A DNA stretch of 18,653 bases, taken from NCBI GenBank assembly GCA_043816965.1, contig JBDRHK010000097.1, positions 1 to 18,653 of the forward strand, in the 5' to 3' direction. The stretch is from Candidatus Iainarchaeum sp. Lineage in GTDB: Archaea > Iainarchaeota > Iainarchaeia > Iainarchaeales > JAFCCJ01. Of this stretch, positions 1-7,877 are shown piece by piece; the first letter of the stretch is position 1; every line of letters begins with the position of its first letter. The notes under the pieces were generated by a model. That model was given only the letters and a program-made list of their open reading frames with translations, searched no databases and had not been told where the DNA came from. Both the position numbers and the translations under genes were made by a program.

Positions 1-2600
1 CCGCTTACATAATCATTTGTTGCCCCTTGTAAAGCCTGACCAAACTTTCCTGAAGTATAAGCCATTGCATCTGCCAATGTTCCGTTATTGCCATTTCCGC
101 TGAGGTCTGTTGCAGTTGTTCCTGTCCCTTCATCAAGACCCCACCATAACATAAGAGATCCATCCCTCAAAAGGGCAAGGTTAACATCGGCGATTTTCGT
201 TTCATTGGCAATTCCTGAAGTTGTGGAATAATAAACTGAAATATTCAAATCATCATTTTGGGCATCGCTTACATTAAAATCAAACACAACATTTCCATCT
301 GTGTTGTAGTTGTAGGTTTCATAACCATTTGGGGAAATTACATTTACATCAGGAGCTGCATTAAGTGCGACCGTGAAATCTAATGAAGTTGTGGTTGAGG
401 TGTTTTCCCCATAATCCTGGCAGGCGTAATAGTAAGTGTAGCTGTCTCCTGCTAAACTACCGAATTCACAGTTGTACTGTATTCCGGATTTGGTGCAGCT
501 GTTGGAGAGTGAGGCATATGCGGCATTGGAGCTGTCCCATTTGCAGTTTACCCCTGCAATATTGAAATCTGAAATGCTCAAAAGGAGGTTGGTGTCACTG
601 TTTATAACAGGATTAACATAGGGGGCTTCTGCGTCCCCTGCAAGTGACACAACTGTTACTACTGGTGCTGTGTTGTCTATTTGGAACAGATTGTCAGAGG
701 AATCATATTTGTTTGCGTCCAATGTGTCCGCAATATTAACATCTACATAATAGTTCCCGTCTGCAATTCCCCCAACATCCCAACTGTAGAAGCATCTTGT
801 TGAATCTGAAAAGTTCATGTCCTGGCAGCTGGTTTGGAACAGGGCCTGGATTTCTGCAGCAGAGAAACCGCGGTTGAAAATTGCCACATCGTCTAATTTT
901 CCTGCAACATATGAGCCACGATTGACAGCACCTGGCTCATTGAATCCCTTTCCAATTGTAAGCCCCCAATCAGGGAAATCCCCAAGCCATTTGGTGTCTG
1001 TATTGGTGGTATTACAGTCCCTTCCATCATAATATGTTTTTATTCCACTTCCGTCCTGAGTTACTGCATAATGGTGCCAGGCAGTAGTGCCTGGGTTTAT
1101 GCTACAACTACCCGGGGAATATTTGACGCCATCAATATAGAAATATACTGCAAATGTAGTGACAGATGCCATTGCAATAAACGAATTAGCACCATTCACT
1201 TTGTGCATTACGGCATCATTTCTCATGTCATCTGCCCTTTTCAGCCAGAAACTGATGGTTCCTGTAGAAGTATCAAAATCAGAGGATGAGGCAACATTCA
1301 CATAATCATTATTGCCATTAAAGGAAATTCCTTGTTCATATTTTCCATCAGATACCCATCCGCTGTTGGAATCGCAGTCAAGTGTTGTGCAGTCGAAATT
1401 GGTTAATGTCCCATTGTTGCCACTACCACTTGAATCCACAGCTGTTGTCCCTGCACCGTCATCCATCCTCCACCATCCTACCAATCCGAAGTAAGCGCTT
1501 GCATTGACAAGATTAACATCAGATGCAATCAAATTCTCGAATTCTCCAGCCCCTGATGAGTAGTAAATATCGGCTGTTAAAACATCCCCGTCGGCATCCA
1601 TTACATTGAAATCTATAGTATAGTTGCCGTCCTTTGCATAGGAAATTGTTTCCCCGCCATTGGGGAGGTTTAGGTTCATGTCAGGTGGTTGTGGCCCTAA
1701 TTTTTCATAGGTCGATGCAGACAAGTTTGTTTCTACAGTATCCTTATTTCCAACTGAGTCTTTGCATGCAACATAATAGCTTACTGATGTGCCAGCTGTT
1801 TGGGTAATGCTGGAACAGGTTATGCTTGTCCCCCCATCCCCTGTGCAATCCCACCCTCCTGAATCTGCAGTATCATAATCGCTGTCGGCATCATCAATTT
1901 TACAGTCCCCATTTTCATTCAGGGTAAAAGTGTAGAAAGGGTCTACATATCCTGATGTCGGGCAGCTTGAGCAGCTGGCGGTAGGAATTGTGACATCATC
2001 CACGGTGTAGGACGCGGAAACAACGACCCTTGATGTGGTGTTAGTGCAAACCGCGCTGTTGTTGGACCATGTTGTGCCATCCCAAAGGTTGCACCTTACA
2101 TATTCTGTTCCGTCTGTTGAGCCGACAGGATAGGTGCAGGTATAGGCGGCATAAACATAACTGCATGCAGTTCCTGAAGATTCCTGGTGGCTTGTGTCGC
2201 CCCCTGTGCAGATTGTTTCTGCAGCTGTTGGCGTGCAGGTATTTGCATTATCCTTGCAGCAGTAGAAGTAAAGGGTGTCCCCTTCCTTGTCAGTCTGCCC
2301 TGCAGAGGTAACGGTTTGGGTATTGCCTGTATCAATGGGATTTACTGAAGCTGAAATTGAATCAAGCTTTGGGTTGTAACCTGCGAAATAAATTATCTCC
2401 TTCGCTGTTTCCTCATCAAGCTTTGAATTAATGTCAGGGAAATGAATTCTATCAGGGCCCTTTTTGCTGCCCTCCAAAATCTCTTCCCAATTGCCTGAAT
2501 AACCGAACAAATCAAAGGCCCCAACAAAGGAAAGAAGAAGGATTAGGCATGCAAAAACAATCAGTATGGTGGTAACTTTAGCTTTGTCATCAAGAACCAT
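1..2600 (-). CDS. Large secreted or membrane-anchored surface protein with LamG/concanavalin A-like domains, Ig-like modules and Cys-rich segments (3' end beyond the window; at least 866 aa)
   Basis: Translated by hand; absent from the ORF track because there is no stop in the window. ATG at 2600 (MVLDDKAKVTTILIVFACLILLLSFVGAF = hydrophobic signal/TM), open to position 3. LamG motifs GLVGWWRMDDGAGTTAVDSSGSGNNGTL ... ISFNGNNDYV ... TISFWLK ... WHHYAVT ... GKLDDVAIFNRGFSAAEIQAL at about 838-1490. A second LamG starts LMLWWGLDEGTGTTATDLSGNGNNGTL at about 155. About 13 N-x-S/T sequons by hand count. Confidence 0.93.
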   Translation of the reverse strand, partial: MVLDDKAKVTTILIVFACLILLLSFVGAFDLFGYSGNWEEILEGSKKGPDRIHFPDINSKLDEETAKEIIYFAGYNPKLDSISASVNPIDTGNTQTVTSAGQTDKEGDTLYFYCCKDNANTCTPTAAETICTGGDTSHQESSGTACSYVYAAYTCTYPVGSTDGTEYVRCNLWDGTTWSNNSAVCTNTTSRVVVSASYTVDDVTIPTASCSSCPTSGYVDPFYTFTLNENGDCKIDDADSDYDTADSGGWDCTGDGGTSITCSSITQTAGTSVSYYVACKDSVGNKDTVETNLSASTYEKLGPQPPDMNLNLPNGGETISYAKDGNYTIDFNVMDADGDVLTADIYYSSGAGEFENLIASDVNLVNASAYFGLVGWWRMDDGAGTTAVDSSGSGNNGTLTNFDCTTLDCDSNSGWVSDGKYEQGISFNGNNDYVNVASSSDFDTSTGTISFWLKRADDMRNDAVMHKVNGANSFIAMASVTTFAVYFYIDGVKYSPGSCSINPGTTAWHHYAVTQDGSGIKTYYDGRDCNTTNTDTKWLGDFPDWGLTIGKGFNEPGAVNRGSYVAGKLDDVAIFNRGFSAAEIQALFQTSCQDMNFSDSTRCFYSWDVGGIADGNYYVDVNIADTLDANKYDSSDNLFQIDNTAPVVTVVSLAGDAEAPYVNPVINSDTNLLLSISDFNIAGVNCKWDSSNAAYASLSNSCTKSGIQYNCEFGSLAGDSYTYYYACQDYGENTSTTTSLDFTVALNAAPDVNVISPNGYETYNYNTDGNVVFDFNVSDAQNDDLNISVYYSTTSGIANETKIADVNLALLRDGSLMLWWGLDEGTGTTATDLSGNGNNGTLADAMAYTSGKFGQALQGATNDYVS

Positions 2601-2730
2601 GTTCACAACCCAACCGATGGATTCCCAGCAGATTTGCCTGTATTAAAGAACAATATACATATTATTAAATCTTACTTTTATTAATGAAAAAAATAATAGG
2701 GGGTCAGGGACCGCTTTGGGAGAAAAAATC
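2601..2730 (-). promoter_or_regulatory. AT-rich intergenic region: T-tracts after the GT-C stop (possible archaeal terminator) and TATA-like boxes for the LamG gene
   Basis: Minus strand reads GATTTTTTCT...TATTATTTTTTTCA downstream of the stop at 2731. TTTAATA occurs twice (2663-2669, 2641-2647). GGTTGTGA lies just before ATG 2600. Confidence 0.4.
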
Positions 2731-4401
2731 TCATCCGCATCCGGAAATTATCGGGCTCGCAAGCTCATCAGGTCCGCAATCAAGGTTCACTTCATAGATT
2801 TTGGTTGATTCTACTGAGAATCTTTCCTGCAGGAAACTGCAGTTGAGTTCAGGCAAATCCATTGTTCCTGACACCAGCTCAATAGATTTTGGCTTTACAA
2901 TAAAATCCGCCTGATAGTATTTTGTGAGGATTTTCTCCTGTGTTTGGCAGTCTGAAAGGAAATAATTTATGTTGTTAAGGACATGTTCCGGCCTGCATCC
3001 TACTTTAGTTTCGTTTGTGCATACCACTTTCCTCCCAGTAAGGACATTTATGGGCTTTGAAAGATAGGGTGTTGAGAGTATGAGGGTGTTTTCTGGAGTG
3101 TTTTCATTAATCCAGTCGATTACAGGGAGCTGCTCAGGCTCAATATTACGGTAAAAGTGGTCTCCTGCGGCGAAGGGGAAATATGAAAGGGAAATAAGGA
3201 TTATTGCAACTGCCACAATTGGGACAATCTTTCCCGGAAACTTTTTGGCAAAATATTTGTAAATAATCCAAAAGGTGATTCCAGAGAGCAGTGAGGTCAG
3301 ATAGAAAAGGAAAAGCAATCCCCTTCTCAGCAGAAAAGGCAGATTTATTTCGGAAAGGGAAAAAATCAGCAATGAAGCAATTAGAAGAAGGAAACTTATT
3401 GGCAAAATCAGAAGATGGTTTGGGTTTTTTTTGCTGAATTTTTGTTTTTTCAGGGTTATGTATATGGCAGCTATTAGGGCTGCAAGGAAGAGTACTGCAA
3501 TTGGCAGGGTTATGTAGTCTTGTGGAATGGCACCGTTTGCCAGATTATATAAAGGGCTTATGTTAAAGAAATTCAGATTTTGGATTAATCCATCCAGAAT
3601 TGCGATTAAGGCAACAGGGCCATGTTCCTGGAGAAGGGCCAGCAAACTTGTGCTGGAGAAGCTGGCAATCAAAGCAAATATTTCCAGTAATACAACTATG
3701 GCGAATACCGCCATACCGGCAAAAATTTCCTTCCATTTTTCAAATAAAATTTTTGGGTTTAAAATGAGGAAAATAGAGGATGCAAATAACACAATTGTTG
3801 TTGTTATCGGATAGAAAAAACTGCTGAATATTAAGAAGGCAAAAAATAACAGGAAGTATTTTTTGCTTGAAATTGCCTTCAGCAGGAGGTAAAACAGAAA
3901 AGGCAGCAGAGCAAGACCAAGGCTTGATGCAACCACTAATTGATATCCCAAAATAGTTGGATTGGCGGTTGTGAAAAGCACAAAAACAGAGGAAATTATT
4001 GCGGCAAGCCTGTTTTTGAAAAGCTGTTCTACCAGGAGGAAAGTGGAAATCAGCAGTAGGAAGCTCATTAGTATTGGAAATAAAATTATGGTTTCCGTAG
4101 TTCCGAAGTTTGCAAGCATTATGGGAATTGAGAGGAAAACTTCGTAGGCAAGCACCATTGTCAGTACCGGAGGTTCGTCAATGTTGTTGTAGATTGATTT
4201 TTCAGGGCCAGGGGCATAGGGGTCATATGTTGTAACCATCCCTTTGGAAACAGTTTCATTTGCAAGGGCAAGGTTGTCATATTCGTCAGCGTGGAGGGGG
4301 AGGGGATAATTCAGGTGATTGGGCAGGGTTACAGAGACTGAAAGCAGAAGGAAAAGGGAAATTATAAACATCTTGTTATCCAAAAGTTTCTCGATTTGCA
4401 T
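2731..4401 (-). CDS. Multi-pass membrane protein, GT-C fold glycosyltransferase-like (lipid-linked sugar donor)
   Basis: 556 aa, many hydrophobic helices, acidic DE motif in the first loop (PLHADEYDNLALAN), C-terminal soluble domain DWINENTPENTLILST resembling the STT3/ArnT-type external domain but without WWDxG. Purine-rich RBS (GGGGATGGGG). Confidence 0.7.
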   Translation of the reverse strand: MQIEKLLDNKMFIISLFLLLSVSVTLPNHLNYPLPLHADEYDNLALANETVSKGMVTTYDPYAPGPEKSIYNNIDEPPVLTMVLAYEVFLSIPIMLANFGTTETIILFPILMSFLLLISTFLLVEQLFKNRLAAIISSVFVLFTTANPTILGYQLVVASSLGLALLPFLFYLLLKAISSKKYFLLFFAFLIFSSFFYPITTTIVLFASSIFLILNPKILFEKWKEIFAGMAVFAIVVLLEIFALIASFSSTSLLALLQEHGPVALIAILDGLIQNLNFFNISPLYNLANGAIPQDYITLPIAVLFLAALIAAIYITLKKQKFSKKNPNHLLILPISFLLLIASLLIFSLSEINLPFLLRRGLLFLFYLTSLLSGITFWIIYKYFAKKFPGKIVPIVAVAIILISLSYFPFAAGDHFYRNIEPEQLPVIDWINENTPENTLILSTPYLSKPINVLTGRKVVCTNETKVGCRPEHVLNNINYFLSDCQTQEKILTKYYQADFIVKPKSIELVSGTMDLPELNCSFLQERFSVESTKIYEVNLDCGPDELASPIISGCG

Positions 4402-4506
4402 AGCCCCATCCCCTGCCAGTAAAGAAGTGAATAAAAAAGTCTTTAAGCAGTTCTTTTGGGAAGGGACTTAAATAAAGATAAAAAGAAGTCGCATTATTTT
4501 TCTACT

Positions 4507-5496
4507 ATGAAGTCAGCAGGCATAGCTGCAACAGGCATATATGTGCCGGAAAAGGTTGTGACAAATAAGGATATTGAAAAGTTAATGGACACAAGTGATG
4601 AGTGGATTTGGGAGCATATAGGGATTAGGGAAAGGAGGTTTGCAAGGCCTGACCAGCCAACTTCTGACCTGGCCATAAGGGCGGGTGAACTTGCATTAAA
4701 GAATGCGGGAATAGGCGCAGATGAACTGGACATGATTTTTGTGGCTACCTGCAGCCCTGATATGTTCAGCCCTTCAACAGCCTGCATAGTGCAGGATAAG
4801 ATTGGTGCCGGGAATGCTGGCGCGGTTGATGTTAACAATGCCTGTACTGGCTTTGTTTACGGGCTTGAAATTGCATCCAAATTCATTGCTGATTCCAGCT
4901 CTAAGAATGTTCTGCTTATAGGTGCGGAAAAGCTTTCAGTTGCATTAAGCGTTAAGGACCGTTCAACATATGTCTTTTTTGCAGATGGTGCAGGGGCGGC
5001 AGTATTAAAAGAGGCAGAAAAGGGAACAGGCGTTATTGGCAGCTATCTCAGGGCAGATGGAAGCGGGGCAATGTATTTGGGAATCCCTGCAGGAGGGACT
5101 GCAATGCCCTCCACCCATGAAACACTGGATTCAGGAATGCATACAGTTAAAATGAACGGCGGGAAGATATGGGGCTTTGCGGTTAAGGCTTTTCCTGATG
5201 CCGTGCGAAAGGCACTGGAAAGGACAGGTTATTCTGTTGAGGATGTGGACATGATTATTCCCCATCAGGCCAATTACAACATTATAGTGGAGGGGATGAA
5301 AAAGCTTGGCCTGCCTATGGAAAAGACCCACACAAACATGGATAAATATGGGAATACTGTTTCGGCATCAATTCCTATAGCACTGCATGAAGCTGCTGAA
5401 CTTGGAAAGATAAAAAAAGGGGACTTGGTTGTGCTGGCTGGTTTTGGTGGGGGGCTTAGCTGGGGGGCCAATGTTATAAGGTGGGGTTGCAAATGA
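4507..5496 (+). CDS. fabH: 3-oxoacyl synthase III (FabH/KAS III family), copy 1
   Basis: DTSDEWI...GIRERR, catalytic Cys (NNACTGF), His (PHQAN), Asn (YGNTVSAS), GFGGGLSWG. Start moved from track TTG 4456 to ATG 4507 (MKSAGIAATGIYVP) to match the FabH N-terminus. Confidence 0.93.
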   Translation: MKSAGIAATGIYVPEKVVTNKDIEKLMDTSDEWIWEHIGIRERRFARPDQPTSDLAIRAGELALKNAGIGADELDMIFVATCSPDMFSPSTACIVQDKIGAGNAGAVDVNNACTGFVYGLEIASKFIADSSSKNVLLIGAEKLSVALSVKDRSTYVFFADGAGAAVLKEAEKGTGVIGSYLRADGSGAMYLGIPAGGTAMPSTHETLDSGMHTVKMNGGKIWGFAVKAFPDAVRKALERTGYSVEDVDMIIPHQANYNIIVEGMKKLGLPMEKTHTNMDKYGNTVSASIPIALHEAAELGKIKKGDLVVLAGFGGGLSWGANVIRWGCK

Positions 5497-6248
5497 TCTG
5501 GCCTGAGTTTGCGGGAAAGACAGCAATTGTTACAGGTGCGTCTGCCGGGATTGGGAGGGCAATTGCACTTTTACTGGGAAAAAACAGGGCAAATGTAATT
5601 GTGAACTATAATCAGAATAAGGAAAGGGCAGAAGAGGCAGTTAAGGAAATTGTTTCATTTGGAGGGAAGGCAATCGCGGTTAAGGCAGATGTTACAAAGG
5701 GGGGAGAGGTTGAAGAAATGGTAAAAAGGGGGTTGGATGAGTTTGGGGCAATTGATTTTTTAGTGAACAATGCAGGCATTACAGGGGATGCCACATTTAT
5801 TAAGATGGGAAAGGAACAGTGGCAAGAGGTTATTGATGTTAATTTGAACGGGACATTCAATTGCTGCAAGGCAGTTGTCCCAAAAATGGTTGAAAATGGC
5901 AAAGGAGGGGTGGTGAACATAGCTTCAATAAGTGCAGAAATTGGAAACTTTGGTCAGGCGAATTATAGCGCTGCAAAAGAAGGCGTTATTGGATTCTCCA
6001 GAACACTTGCACGGGAGCTGGCTGTTAAGGGCGTGAGGGTCAATGTGGTTTCCCCTGGATTTATTGACACCAAAATGAGCGAAAGCATACCGGATAAGAT
6101 AAGGGAGATGCTGATTATGCTGACTCCCTTGGGGAGAAAGGGCCGTCCTGAAGAGGTTGCAGAGGCAGTGCTTTTCATGCTTTCAGAAAGGGCAAGCTAT
6201 ATAACTGGGCAGGTGCTGGATGTAAACGGCGGATTCTATATGAGGTAA
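5493..6248 (+). CDS. fabG: 3-oxoacyl reductase, SDR family (FabG/PhaB-like)
   Basis: TGASAGIG, NNAG, catalytic S and YSAAK, PGFIDT, GQVLDVNGG. ATG 5493 overlaps the fabH stop (ATGA), indicating translational coupling. Confidence 0.92.
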   Translation: MIWPEFAGKTAIVTGASAGIGRAIALLLGKNRANVIVNYNQNKERAEEAVKEIVSFGGKAIAVKADVTKGGEVEEMVKRGLDEFGAIDFLVNNAGITGDATFIKMGKEQWQEVIDVNLNGTFNCCKAVVPKMVENGKGGVVNIASISAEIGNFGQANYSAAKEGVIGFSRTLARELAVKGVRVNVVSPGFIDTKMSESIPDKIREMLIMLTPLGRKGRPEEVAEAVLFMLSERASYITGQVLDVNGGFYMR

Positions 6249-6253
6249 TCTTG

Positions 6254-6859
6254 ATGAAAGTTCTGGGAATAAATGGAAGTCCAAAAAGCAAAGGCAATAG
6301 TGCTTTCTTATTGAATGAATGCTTGGAATCAGCCAAGAAAGAAGGGGCTGAAACTGAGATTATACATCTTGCAGATTACCGTATAAAAAAGTGTAATGGA
6401 TGTGACAGGTGCATTAAAGAAAAGAAGTGCAACCTTGATGATGATTACAAAATTATTGAAGAAAAAATGATTGAAGCTGATGCACTTGTGCTTGCTTCCC
6501 CGGTTTATGTCGGAAGCGTGAGCGGGCTTATGAAAGATTTTGGCGACAGGGCCAGGCCATTGCGCATGGATTCATTCAGGCTGAAGGATAAATTTGCGGC
6601 ATTTATTTCCGTGGCCGGTTTGAGGCATGGTGGGCAGGAACATGCATTCATATGGTTTATAGATTTCAGCCTCTACTCTGGCTTGATTCTCATCGGGAAT
6701 GCTGCAGATCCAGTAAGCCAAGGATATTTTCCCGCAGCCTCACTGCAAAGGGATGATGGCAACTTTAGTTTTGTAAAAAGAGACAGCCTGGCAATTGAGG
6801 AATCTGTGCAGTTGGGAAAGCGGATTGTAGAAATTCTGAAAAAGTTTAGATGTAAGTAA
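6254..6859 (+). CDS. Iron-sulfur flavoprotein (Isf-like; flavodoxin/NADPH-dependent FMN reductase fold)
   Basis: MKVLGINGSPKSKGNS FMN-binding loop, CNGCDRCIKEKKC = Cx2Cx2Cx5C Isf-type cluster motif, ASPVY, GGQE. ATG at 6254, GAGGT upstream. Confidence 0.88.
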   Translation: MKVLGINGSPKSKGNSAFLLNECLESAKKEGAETEIIHLADYRIKKCNGCDRCIKEKKCNLDDDYKIIEEKMIEADALVLASPVYVGSVSGLMKDFGDRARPLRMDSFRLKDKFAAFISVAGLRHGGQEHAFIWFIDFSLYSGLILIGNAADPVSQGYFPAASLQRDDGNFSFVKRDSLAIEESVQLGKRIVEILKKFRCK

Positions 6860-6980
6860 ATGAATGTTTTAGGCATTAATAGCGGTCTTGGGGGTGGAAG
6901 CAATACCTGGTTTTTTCTTGATGAATACATAAAGGCAGTTAGGGCGAATGTAGTACATTGCTTTTGGAAAAATAAAATTA
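6860..6980 (+). pseudogene. 5' remnant of a second flavodoxin/Isf paralog
   Basis: MNVLGINSGLGGGSNTWFFLDEYIKAV...HCFWKNKIKK aligns with MKVLGINGSPKSKGNSAFLLNECLESA...HLADYRIKK of the preceding gene. Similarity ends where the convergent MaoC stop lies (6978-6980), before the Cys motif. Confidence 0.65.
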
Positions 6981-7412
6981 AAAAGGCGCTTTCGCAGAAG
7001 CCCTGCCTTTTACTAACAATTCCCCCTTATGGTTTGTTATTGTGGTTTCAACATCCACATGCTTTTTCTCATAATTTTTGTTTGATATTTTTGCCTTAAC
7101 AGTTAATGTATCGCCAATCCTTGCCGGCCTTAGGAATTTTAAGTCTTGACTACGGTATATGTACCCATTTCCAGGCAACTTTGTTCCTAGCAGAGCAGAA
7201 ATCATTGCGCCCAGAAGCATCCCCTGGGCAACCTTCCCCTTGAAGATTGATTTCCTCGCAATCTCATCATCAAGATGTATTGGGTTGGTGTCCTGGCTCA
7301 CCTTTGCAAACTCTTCCAAATCCTTTTCCTCAACTGTCCTTTTCAGCGAGGCTGTTTCCCCAATCTGCAAATCTGCAAACGGCCTTATCTTGTATTTTGA
7401 TTCAGGAACCAT
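6978..7412 (-). CDS. MaoC-family (R)-specific enoyl-CoA hydratase/3-hydroxyacyl dehydratase (PhaJ-like), copy 1
   Basis: Hot-dog fold motif FAKVSQDTNPIHLD (catalytic D...H), GMLLGAMISALLGTKLPG, SQDLKFLRP..IGDTLT. Confidence 0.9.
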   Translation of the reverse strand: MVPESKYKIRPFADLQIGETASLKRTVEEKDLEEFAKVSQDTNPIHLDDEIARKSIFKGKVAQGMLLGAMISALLGTKLPGNGYIYRSQDLKFLRPARIGDTLTVKAKISNKNYEKKHVDVETTITNHKGELLVKGRASAKAPF

Positions 7413-7434
7413 GAAAAATCTATGATTGAAATAT

Positions 7435-7442
7435 TCTTAAAG
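7435..7442 (-). promoter_or_regulatory. TATA-like box for MaoC copy 1
   Basis: CTTTAAGA on the minus strand, 23-30 nt upstream of ATG 7412, no SD; fits a leaderless archaeal promoter. Confidence 0.4.
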
Positions 7443-7469
7443 AAATGTTATTGGGCAAATGGTTTGGGA

Positions 7470-7877
7470 CTAATCCATTAATTTTATTTCAGAACTTTCT
7501 TCCAACACAGCATCTCCGCTTTTTGTTTCGGCTTTTGAACTGCACGAAAGGGAGTTGTTCCTGCCCTGCCTGCACTCTAGTTTGAAAACTATTTTTTCAC
7601 CCAAAAAAACAGGTTTAATGAATTTTACATCGTGCCTAATCAGCTTGAAACTTCTTTTTAGATTCCTGCTGTAACGTGAATGTATATGGGCCACCAAAAG
7701 CACGCCGAAAACAGCCCTCCTCCCAAAAGCGGTTTTGCCTGCAAAATCCCTGTCTGCGTGAATTGGGTTAACATCACCGACCAAATTATTGAAAGCTTCA
7801 ACTTCTTTTGCTGTGAACTCCTGCATAAGTGAGTCTACTTTCCCTACCCTGAGCTCATCAAAGTTTTTTGTTTTCAC
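7470..7877 (-). CDS. MaoC-family dehydratase, copy 2 (divergent)
   Basis: FNNLVGDVNPIHAD..FA..T.FG, KFIKPVFLGE. GTG start. Confidence 0.82.
   Translation of the reverse strand: MKTKNFDELRVGKVDSLMQEFTAKEVEAFNNLVGDVNPIHADRDFAGKTAFGRRAVFGVLLVAHIHSRYSRNLKRSFKLIRHDVKFIKPVFLGEKIVFKLECRQGRNNSLSCSSKAETKSGDAVLEESSEIKLMD

Noticed and set aside
383..2335. Short track ORFs 383-565, 817-1032, 1071-1289, 1312-1494, 2069-2311 (+) and 2096-2335 (-)
   Set aside because: All are antisense or off-frame shadows of the long LamG gene at 1-2600 (-).
2731..4401. Calling the membrane protein AglB/STT3
   Set aside because: No WWDxG motif and shorter than a typical AglB; kept as GT-C-like.
4507..5496. FabH copies as archaeal HMG-CoA synthase, often misannotated as FabH
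   Set aside because: Both show KAS III signatures (TSDEW/FI..GxRERR, DR....F.D, HQAN, GNT..ASIP, GFGxG), and no thiolase/DUF35 partners are adjacent.
6860..7099. 79-aa ORF as a complete functional protein or an ACP
   Set aside because: Its second half is antisense to MaoC, it has no DSL phosphopantetheine motif and it is not acidic. Only the first 40 or so codons look like a flavoprotein remnant.
5493..7877. Polyhydroxyalkanoate (PhaB/PhaJ) storage-polymer cluster
   Set aside because: No PhaC, PhaE or phasin in the window, and the context is glycosylation. Cannot be excluded genome-wide.
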